Shown here piece by piece: positions 12,901 through 42,522 of a stretch of 42,522 nt of DNA (position 1 is the first letter of the stretch; the number at the start of each line of letters is the position of its first letter). The position numbers and the translations under genes were made by a program. The notes beneath the pieces are model-generated. The model saw nothing but the letters and a program-made list of their open reading frames with translations, was not told where the DNA came from and did no database searches. This stretch comes from Rhizaria sp. SCN 62-66 (Eukaryota): the NCBI GenBank assembly GCA_001724265.1, contig MEDY01000367.1, forward strand, positions 1-42,522, written 5' to 3'.

Positions 12901-14165
12901 GCCACGGCGGCGGCGCGGGCGACCAGGGCGACCGGGACCTGCTCGCCGCGCCGACCCAGGCCTCGGTCGCGGCCGCAGCCGCGGCGGCGGCGGCGGCTGC
13001 GGCGGCCGCCAAGGACGCCGAGGTGGCCCGTCTGCACACGCTCACGCACACGATGCTGCTGACGCTGACGCGCAACTTGGCGCCGTTCCCCGTCTCGCCC
13101 GTCTGCCCCCGCCCCCCACTATGGGCGGACATGGCGGCCGTGCTGACGGCCGAGGCTGGGCTGGGCCCGCGCATCACGCTGCCCTTCGCGGTCCCTTGGC
13201 TCCCCCACGTCGGCGGCGGCCGCATCGGCGGGCTGGGTCAGGGCTGCGGCGTTGCAGCCTCGCGCTTCGCGGCGCTTCTCACTGCGCATACGTGCCACGT
13301 CCGCGTCTTCGCGTGGATGCTCGCCGACCCCAGCTCCAACTCCACCACCAACAGCAACAGCTCGGGCGGTAACAGCGGCGGCGCCAGCGGCGACCAGACT
13401 CGGCGCCAGCGCCAGAGCCAGAGCCGCGTGCCCCGCGCGTCCGAGGTGGCGCGTCGCGTGCGCAGCGGCGTGCCGCGGTCGGTGCTGAACCGCGCGTGCG
13501 CCATGTGTCCCGCGTGTTCCGGCCCGCGCTGCTGCCCGCCCGACCCGGCGACGCTGGCTCCGGCGCCTGCGCTCACCCTCAGTGGCACCGCCGTCGGCGC
13601 TGCTGCTGCGGCCGGCGCTGCTGCCGCCGCCGCCGCTGCTAAGGGCAAGGGCAAGGGCCGCGGCAGCAAACAGCGGAGCGGCTCGCTGTCGCCGACGAGC
13701 GCGGCGATCGCGGCCGCCGCGGCGGCGACACTGGGCCACACGCCGCCGCAGCAGCAGCGGCTGCGGCAGCTGGGCGGCAGCGGGCGCGGCGGCCAGCACA
13801 ACCGCAGCCTCGCGCGCATCCGCCGGCCGGGGCCGAATGGGAGCGACAACCTCGTCGTGCCCGAAGACGAGGACGAGGACGACGACGGCGAGAGCGACGC
13901 GGGCGGCAGTCGCAGTCGCCGCGCTGTGGGCGTCAACGGGGACGAGAAGGCCATTCTCGCGACGCCGTCCAAGTCCGCAGTCAAGACCTCTGTGAAGACG
14001 GGCGCGACGACTGAGCTGAAGCCTGCGAACAGCGACGCCAACTACAACGACGACGTCGACGACGACGCTGACGGTAACGGTAAGTACTCCGACTCCGTGT
14101 CGAGCGACGACTACGACTACAACAGCGACGAAGATGAGGACGTTGACGAGGATGACAGTGACGAA

Positions 14166-14227
<62 letters not shown>

Positions 14228-15890
14228 GTACGCGACTGCCCGCGCCTCCGCCGCCGGCGCGCGGCCCGTGCCGCCGCTGCCGGGCAGCGCGACCGTGGCG
14301 GCATACCTGTCCCTTCATCCGCCCACGCCCTGTTCACGCTCGCTGCGCAGTCCGTCGTCGTCGCCGCTGCACCTGCTCGTGACGGCCTGGGACGAGGTCC
14401 GCGCCTGGGCTGGCGAGGCCAAGGCGGCGGCGCACGTCGTCGCGCTGCTGCAGGCGCAGCGCCACGCGGGTGGCCGCAGCGAGAACGCCGCGACTGCTCT
14501 CATGGTCGAGCGCAACGCCAACATCCTCCGCATCATCCGCAGAAACGACAACGAGCCCCCCGGCGCTCAGGCTCAGGCTCAGTCTGCGTCGAGCGCTGCT
14601 AACGCTTCTGCAGCGGCGAGCCCCCGCGCTCCCAGTGTCGGTGTGTCCCCGCTGACGGTGGCGCCTGTGGTGCCGGTGTCGCCGCGTGTGAGCGCCGACG
14701 CGGTGCGCGTGGCGGCCAACGCGGGCGCCGAGGTCGACGCCGAGCTCGCCGCGGCGGGCTGCGGCAGAGAGCTGCTCGCGCTGGGCATCAAGCCGCACAC
14801 GCTGTTCAAGCTCGTCGACGTGATCAACAACCGCTTGGCCAACGACTCCGGGTATGGCAACAACGTCACCACTGCCGCCAACACCACGGGGATGAAGAAG
14901 AGTGGCTCGAGCTCGACTCTTGTCAACACTGCGGCAAGCTCCTCCCTCGGCACAGCTACCGCAGTGGTGGCGCCCGTTGCTGCGGCGCCCGTTGCTGCGG
15001 CGCCCGTTGCAGTAGTGTTGGGCGCCCCTGGCACGATCGTGGTGCAGAACGTCCAGGCCACGTGGCCCCTGCTCGCTTCCGCGGCTCCCGCCACGGGCAG
15101 CGGCGCTGGCGCCGGCAAGAGCGGCTCTGCGGCCTCCGCGGCCGCGCGCGCGCTGGGCTCGCTGTCACGTTCGCTGTCGCGCGCCTTCTCCACGGCCAGC
15201 TTCGGCGCCGGCGCGGGCGGCCGCACGGTCGACGCCGCGCGCCGCGACGCTCTTGCGGACGCCGCGGCCGAGAACGCCGCCAACGCCGACGGGACGCACA
15301 GTGTGCAGCTCGTCGTTGTCGCGACGGCGCCCACGGTCAACGTCAACGCCAACGGGCGCAGCAACAACAACAACACCAATGGCGCCAAGCGGCGCAACGG
15401 CGGCGGTGCTAACCCCGGGTCGAGCTCCCTGCGCAAGCTTCTGCTTGGCAACATCGGCAACATCGGCAGCAGCGGCAGCAAGGGCAAGCGGAGCAGCGCC
15501 GCAGTGCCGCTGTTCCGCGGCTTGACATTAGCACTGCCCACGGGCTCGCTGACGCTGGTGCTGGGCAGCGTGGGCGCGGGCAAGTCGTCGCTGTTGATGC
15601 TCATCATGAAGGAGATGGAGGTCGAGGCCAGCAGCGCAAACGCCAACATCAACGCCAACGCCGCCAACTCTAAGTCCGCCGCCAGTGCGTCTGCGAGCGC
15701 TCGTGCCAGTGCCAGTGCCAGTGCCAGCGTGAATGCGATGCTGGCCCCGTCTGGCACGGTCGCGGTCGGCGGCAAGATCGCCTTCGTGTCGCAGCAGCCC
15801 TGGGTGATGTCGGGCACCGTCTTCGACAACATTACCATGGGCCGTATGTGGGACGAAGGCTCCGCCTCCGCGCCAGAGCCCGAGCCCTTA

Positions 15891-15942
<52 letters not shown>

Positions 15943-18900
15943 TTAGTGACAGCAGCAGCACGAGTGACAACGCCTCCATTGGAGCTAGCTCGACGAGCGA
16001 CGCGAACTCGTCCCCAGACCGCGCTCACGCGACGCCTGCTGCCACTGCTTCTACGGCTGCTGCGGCGGCAACGCTCGCCGCCGTCTCCGTGCCCGCGGCG
16101 CCCGCGCCCGCGCCCCGCGACTGGCACCTGTCGGGCCGGCGCCGCGGCGGCCCCCTATGGCTCGCGCGCGTGCTGCGCGCCTGCATGCTCGAGACCGATC
16201 TGGCCGCCATGCCCTCCGGCCTGCTTACCGAGATCGGCGACAAGGGCGTCACGCTTTCGGGCGGCCAGCGCGCGCGCGTGGCGCTGGCGCGCGCGCTCTA
16301 CAGCGACCCCGACGTGCTGCTGCTCGACGACCCGCTCTCGGCGGTGGACCCGGCCACTGCGCGCGCGCTCGTCAACAACCTCTTCGGCGGCGCGCCGCTC
16401 ACGCTCGAGCAGCTCTCCGCCAACGTCAAGACCGCCGCGGCGAACGGCGAGAGCGCGGCGCGTGGCAACGGTGTCGGTGTCGGCGCTGCGGTGCGCGGCG
16501 GGCTGTGCGCGGGTATGACCGTTGTGATGGCCACGCATCAGTGCCAGTTCCTCTCGGCCGCGGACAAGGTGCTTTGGCTGCGCGGCGCGCACCACCACGC
16601 GCGCGACGTTGCGCCCTACACCGCCGCCGTCGCCGCGGCGCACCACGCGCTCAGCCACCACGGCCACGGCCACGGTCAGAACACCCGTGCGTCGCCGTCT
16701 CCGACGCTGAATCTGTCTCCGTCGCCCAGCCCCGTACCGTCGCCGTCGCCCTCACCGGGGCCCGACAGCGGCGACAACAGCGGCGCCGCCGCGGCCGCTG
16801 CGGCGACTGCGGCGCAGACTGGCAAGAGTCGCCGCGGACACCACCCCCACGGGGGGCAGCGGCGCGGCAGCACCGTGGGCGGCCCCTTAGACGGTGTAAG
16901 TGCTCTCGCGCTGGACGGCGTGCGGTGGTCCACGCCCGCGACGGCGCGGTCCGTCGTCGTCGCCGGCTCGCCCGCCGCCTTCTTCTCCCTCGCGCACGCC
17001 GACAACAACAACAACAGCAGCGGCAACGGCAGCAGTAGCAGCTTGGCGCTGGTGGCTGCAACCTCTCGGTCTGATGTAAGTGCCCGCGCGCATGTAAGTG
17101 CCGCGGTGAACGAGCTCCGCGCGGGCGCCGCTCTGGCGGGGGCCGCGGTGGCGAGCGAGTTCTCCCAGTTCCTCCGCGCAGGTAGCCACGGAGACGAAGA
17201 GGAAGAACAGGAGCAGGAGGCCGGCGGTGACATCAGCAACAGCAAGACCAAGGCTAAGGATGGCAATGAAGAGGAAGAGGAAGAAGACGAGGACGGAGAC
17301 GGTAAGAGCAAGGCGATTGTCCTTGCCTCTGCCACGGCCTCGCCCCCCACGTCCCCCGTCCCCGCCTCCGCCGCCGCTGCCGCTGTTGTTATGGTGTCGT
17401 CGGCCGCCGAGTACGTCGTGGCTGCGATGCTCAAGGTGACCGTGCCGCGCCTGCGCGCGCTGCGCACCAAGTACACCGCGGCCGTCACCAACGACTTCGC
17501 CACGCTCACCGCCATCGGCGCCGTCTCCCCCTACCCGCCCTCGCTCTACGCCAGCTCCAGCGCTACCGGTGCGAACAGCGGTGCGAGCGGGGACACGTCG
17601 CGCGTGCAGACGATGCTGCGGTCCGAGTCTGCCGACCGCGCCAAGGGCTCGGTGTCCAAGGCCGTGTACATGTCCTACGCGCTCACGATGGGCGGGCTGG
17701 CTGTCGTGCTGCCGATGCTCGTGCTCGCCATGCTCTCGCAGAGCATGATCGTGCTCACCGACTGGTGGCTCTCCAAGTGGGTCGCCTACGAGGAGGAGAT
17801 CTACGCGCAAAACGGCGTCGGGTCCACCGACGGTGGCGCCGGTCGCAACAGCTATAGCAACTGTGTCGTGTACGAGGAGGACGACGCGATCACCACCGGT
17901 GTGACTCCGGCGGCGAGTGCGAGTGCCGCCACTCCTGCTTTGTCTTCGTCGTCGTCTTCGTTGTCGTCTTCGTCGTCGTGGCTGAATGGTCTTGGCGGCT
18001 TAGGTTCCTCCGGCGGCCTCACTTCCGTCGGCCTCATGTCCGACACGGGTGTCATGGCCTATACGTACGTCCATCCCAGTACCTCGCGCGACGGTATCTC
18101 CACGGCAAACGCGGCCCGCAACAGCAATATCGCGTGCGCTCGGAGTCGCAACAGCTCGAGCCAGACAGCTGCCATTGCCGGCAGCGTCCTCGGCCTCGGC
18201 TCCTCCGCCGCTGCTGCGTTGTCGGCCAAGCCTGCCGCGATTGGTGCGACTGCGGGCCTCGGCGCAACCGCCGGCGCCGACATGTCGTTCGACTACCACG
18301 CTGGACTCTACATGCTCTTCGGCCTCCTCTGCTTCCCGCTCGCGTTTGTCCGCGCTTACGCCTGGCTCTCGCGCTGCATCAAGGTGCGTTTAATATATTA
18401 TCATGCTGGTGCTTTTAACACTCTCTCATTTTGAATTGAACTCGCATATTTCGTCTTATACGTGCTCATATTATCATATGTCCGTGTTGTAATTTGTTTG
18501 TCTCAGGTCGCCCGCGCGTTCCACGATGCGATGCTGGCCCGCGTGCTGCGCGCGCGCCTGTCCTGGCTCGAAGCCACCCCGGCAGGCCAGATCCTGAACC
18601 GCTTCGCCGGCGACCTCGGTCAGATGGACGAGGTGCTGCCGACGCTCATTACGGACCTGGTGCAAACGTCGCTCATGATTGTGGGTACGCTCGTCCTCGT
18701 CGGACTCGCGAACCCGTACGTGCTGCTGCTGCTCATCCCGCTGTCGTACTTCTTCCTCAAGCTGCGCGCGCGCTACATCCTGGCCTCGCAGCAGATCAAG
18801 CGGCTCGACTCGATCTCCAAGGCGCCGTTGCACTCGCTCATGTCGGCCACGCTCGACGGACTCATGACTGTGCGTGGCACGCCCGACCTTTCTCTCGTGT

Positions 18901-20870
18901 TCCACGGTCGCTTCATTCTCGCCATGCGCAGCTCCATGCGCGTCTACGCCGTCATGACCACCGTCGTCCGCTGGTTCGGCATGCGGCTTGACTTGCTGTC
19001 GGCCAGCTTCATCTCCGCGACCGCGCTGTCGGCCGTGGGGCTCATGACGGCCGGCCTCGTCGACTCCGTGTCGATCGGCCTCGCGCTGACATACGTGTTG
19101 CAGCTGCTCGGCATCTTCCAGTGGTGCATCCGCCTCACGGCCGACATCGAGAACGCCATGACGTCGGTCGAGCGCGTGCACTCGCTCACGGGTCCCGCGG
19201 TCCCGGTTGAGGCCGCCGCCAAGGTTGCGCCGCTGCCGGAAACCCGCTCGCAGCTCCGGCTGCAGTGCCCAGGCTGGGACGAGAGCCAGTATCCCGTTTC
19301 TTCCGTCTCTGCCTCTCGTCGGGGCGGTAATGGCACCAAGCGGCTCGCCAACGCGCAGGGCCACCGCAACACGCCGCACTCCGTCACGATCAACACCGAC
19401 GCCAACACCGTCATCGCCGCCAACGGCGCTGTCGCCAACGCCAGTGCGAGTTCGTCGTCTGTGTGGCCGCCGTCGCGCGGGCGGCTTGACTTCGTGCGCG
19501 CGACGCTGCGGTACCTGCCGCCGCCGCACCCTGCCGGGCTGGACCAAGTGACTGTGAGCATCCCCGCCGGCGCCAAGGTCGGCATCGTCGGCCGCACGGG
19601 CTCGGGCAAGTCGACGCTGCTCAACGCGCTGTTCCGCCTGGTCGAGCTCGACGGCTTCGAGTACCCGCCCGACCCCGCCGCGGCCGCCAACGCCTCGGGC
19701 GCCGCCATCCCCGACCTCTCGATGGGCTCCGCGGGTGCAAACGGCGGCAAGAATGCGGCTGGCGCGGCGGTGAGCGCTGTGGGCAACGCGTCGCTGGCGG
19801 CGCAGATGGACGCGGCGGACCGCGGTGCGCTTCTCATCGACGGCGTCGACGTGTCCACGGTCGGGCTCGACGACCTGCGGCGCGCGCTGGCCGTGATCCC
19901 GCAGGAGCCCACGCTCTTCTCAGGCACCATCCGCAGCAATTTGGACCCGTTCGGCGAGTGCGACGATGCGACGCTCGTCACCGCGCTCAAGCATGCACAG
20001 CTCTACGACGCCTTCTTCGACTCCAACAACAACGATGGAAGCAGCAGCAGCAGCAGCAGCAGTGGCGTTCATCTCTTGACGAGCGGGCTCACTTCCCTCG
20101 TCTCACCGCGCCCCGCTCCCGCCGCGCCCAACGGTAACAAGAGCGCCGCCACCTCTGGGGCTGCCGGTGGCAAGTACGAGAAGCGCGGTCTGGAGACGCC
20201 GGTAGCGGACGGCGGAAGCAACCTGTCGATCGGCCAGCGTCAGCTGCTTTGCCTTGCGCGCGCGCTCGCCCGCCCCGCGCCGCCCGGCACGAACTCGACC
20301 CCGGCATCGAGCTTCGAGGCGGCCCCGGCGGGCCCGCGCATCCTGGTGCTGGACGAGGCGACGGCCAACGTCGACTACGCGACGGACGCGCTAGTGCAGC
20401 GCGTCGTGCGCGAGCAGTTCGCGGACCGCACGGTGATCGTCGTCGCGCACCGCATCGCGACCGTGATTGATTCGGACCTCATCATTGTCATGGACAAGGG
20501 CTGCGTCGCGCAGGTCGGCGCGCCCTGGGAGCTGCTCACGCGTCAGCCCGACGGCCTGTTCGCCAAGATCGTCGACTCGGCCGGCGCGCATGCGCTGCGC
20601 GGACTCGCCAGGGACGCGTACGCGCGCAAGCACGGCGACGACGCCACTGCAGCGCTTGCGAACGCCCTCCCCGCTGCCCACAACGGCGGCAGCGGCAACG
20701 GCAAGAGTAACGGCGCCGCGGCGAGCGCGAACAACAACAGTAGCAGCAGCAATAATCACGGCAACAGCCAAAACGGCGGCAGTGTGAGGGGCGTGGGCGC
20801 AGGCGTGACGCTGGGCCGGTACCAGTACAAGCCTTCTTCCGACACCGGGGCTGCTGCGAAGCGCGCGTAA
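6971..20870 (+). CDS. ABCC: ABC transporter subfamily C (MRP-like, TMD1-NBD1-TMD2-NBD2) with giant low-complexity insertions; exons 6971-8788, 8979-18383, 18507-20870; ~4,528 aa; ends in TAA
   Basis: NBD1: [60 protein letters not shown]2: [65 protein letters not shown] motifs: [32 protein letters not shown]. The start codon is the first ATG of the GC-rich ORF. Confidence 0.93.
8789..8978 (+). other. Intron 1 of ABCC gene (190 nt)
   Basis: GTACGC...TTCAG, AT/pyrimidine-rich, phase 0 (VGQ|VGV). Confidence 0.9.
10890..11024 (+). repeat. Degenerate 15-bp coding minisatellite (~9 units) encoding VP(I/V/L)(V/I)D-like pentapeptides
   Basis: Successive units such as GTTCCCATTGTCGAT / GTGCCTATTATTGAC / GTGCCTATTGTCGAT / GTGCCTGTTGTCGAT. 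Confidence 0.85.
14166..14225 (+). repeat. (GAC)20 coding microsatellite, poly-Asp in ABCC insertion
   Basis: Perfect GAC run. Confidence 0.95.
15891..15941 (+). repeat. (AGCAAC)n coding repeat, Ser-Asn dipeptides inside NBD1
   Basis: About 8.5 perfect hexamer units. Confidence 0.92.
18384..18506 (+). other. Intron 2 of ABCC gene (123 nt)
   Basis: GTGCGT...CTCAG, AT-rich, phase 0 (CIK|VARAFH). Confidence 0.9.
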
Positions 20871-21780
20871 AGCTCAATCGTGACTGACGGGTCAGCTATA
20901 TCTATTGCCACAAGTCAGTGTTACAGCAGTCATCTCTGCCAAAAGCGCATGATAATGCATCTTTTTCAGACTGGCTGATGACAAACCTGTGGAAACAAAC
21001 ACGATGTGTCGTTGTTTTTGTAGTTGTTTTTCCACATCAGTGACAGATATAGATGAGGGATTGAGTTTTGTCTAATGATATACCGCTACGTCGTGTGTGT
21101 TTTGTTCACTGTATATCTATCCCTTTGTCACTAGGTGTATTTATGCGTCCTTTTGCTTGTTCTTCCTGTTTTAGTATTCTCTCAACAACTTTGTTATTTA
21201 ACCCTGTTTCCTACATACTTTATAAAGGCTCTGTTATTGTCGTTCAAGTGTAATATCAACAATATTAGCACTTGTTAACAACTAATGGGCTTAATTTATC
21301 AATAATACAGTACAAGCTAATGATGATCATCAAAGAACATGGAGCTGTGCAAAAATGACATTGCAGCTCGACACGATCTCGACAAAAATAGTTTGAGAAA
21401 GATCACTGTATTATAAGAATCATTTGACATGTTAAAAGCTAAACTAAGTTTGATGTTTAGGTATCGATGTCGGTTAAGTACGGAGCCACACGTATACTTA
21501 CAGATAAGTAAATGCGGAGTCATTACACAAAGACGTCTTTGTTGTAATGAAGATAATTGTTATTGAGCAAGAGTATATCACCACACAATAAAGAGAAAAT
21601 CGCATTTTTACATCCCGCAGATTACGTGATCAATGACTATCAGTGCATTATGGAAGGAGAGTAAGAGTGAATTGATGGTTGAAGAACACGAGCAGCTCAC
21701 CCATGATTGCCTCTTCGAGTCAGTGTGATGAATATGTCGTTGCTGCTCGTGCTGAACTTATCAGTATCAACAACAGCAGC

Positions 21781-21783
<3 letters not shown>

Positions 21784-21836
<53 letters not shown>
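21784..21836. repeat. (AC)n intergenic microsatellite
   Basis: Perfect dinucleotide run of about 26 units between convergent genes. Confidence 0.97.
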
Positions 21837-21840
<4 letters not shown>

Positions 21841-22594
21841 AGCGCCAACGTGTGATAACACAGAACAAAGTACATGTTAAAACGTTTGTACAATCCAATC
21901 CAAGAAGAGAATAGGCACGTAAATTCGTAAATTTGACTGGAGAAAAACAAACCGAGACAAAAGACAAAAAGAAAAGAAAAAAAGGATAAAAATCAAACAA
22001 GCATGCATTCAGAGGCAAGATATCACTTCATAACATCACAGAAAAATCCACATTGACGTCCACGAGCTGATTGGGCGACGTGTCTTACAGACGAAATGAC
22101 AACACGGCAGCGCGTAGCACCGGTTCACTGGGATTTGGGTGTGAAATTAACGTTTTTTAATATGAAGTAAGTGACATCCGAACCGAAACAGAGAAAGAAA
22201 TCATTCACGGTGTTCGTGATATAAAAATGAAAAGTGTTCGTGGCTAAAAAATTGTTTTAAAAAAAAAGCCTGCGACAATTAAAAAGGATCAACGATAAAG
22301 GTGTCGTCAGAGCAATTTTAACCACAAACAGAGACCTAGATTATACGAAGATACACTCACAACTGGACGATGAGGATGCATGAAAGTCTGAACACTGAAA
22401 AATACTACGAAGGCAAAATGATTCAAACAATAACACAAAATTCGACAAAATAAATAAAAATAAAAGTGTACATTGTTTTCCAAGCACAAAAAAAATCTCA
22501 AATAAAAGAAACATGAAACGCAATACCAGAATGCACAATACGCATTACTGATCGTGTGATCGTGTGACTCTTGGTATTGATGCTGTAATTGCTG

Positions 22595-42522
<19,928 letters not shown>

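Noticed and set aside
923-20877. Many long antisense and alternate-frame ORFs overlapping the + strand genes (e.g. 11253-13049, 14579-15979), and their equivalents over the giant gene
   Set aside because: Shadow ORFs expected from high GC and strong codon bias; low-complexity translations with no recognisable domains.
20871-22594. Short ORFs, tRNA or snRNA in the convergent intergenic region, including a hoped-for suppressor tRNA(CUA)
   Set aside because: AT-rich and UTR-like; no cloverleaf or T-loop recognised by eye here or in the other spacers.

Overview
GC-rich nuclear DNA from an intron-containing eukaryote, probably a protist, with four protein-coding genes separated by short AT-rich spacers. 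Three are on the + strand: (1) a 3-exon protein kinase CK2 alpha subunit; (2) a 2-exon uncharacterised multi-pass membrane protein with an acidic tail carrying RPx-T repeats; (3) a 3-exon ABCC/MRP transporter inflated to about 4,500 aa by very large low-complexity insertions. On the - strand, the five long ORFs between 22.6 and 42.5 kb plus the 29682-32099 ORF appear to be one 5'-truncated, apparently intronless gene of more than 6,600 codons. It encodes about 19 Sushi/CCP modules, a REJ-like region, a GPS motif and five PKD1-like TM helices. It is interrupted by four in-frame TAG codons and one 1-nt frameshift inside a (CAA)n tract. All four genes appear to end in TAA or TGA, never TAG. The main finding is therefore a candidate non-standard nuclear genetic code in which UAG is a sense codon (Gln most likely, Leu possible) while UAA and UGA remain stops. 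Pseudogenisation, RNA editing and micro-introns cannot be excluded from this window alone.
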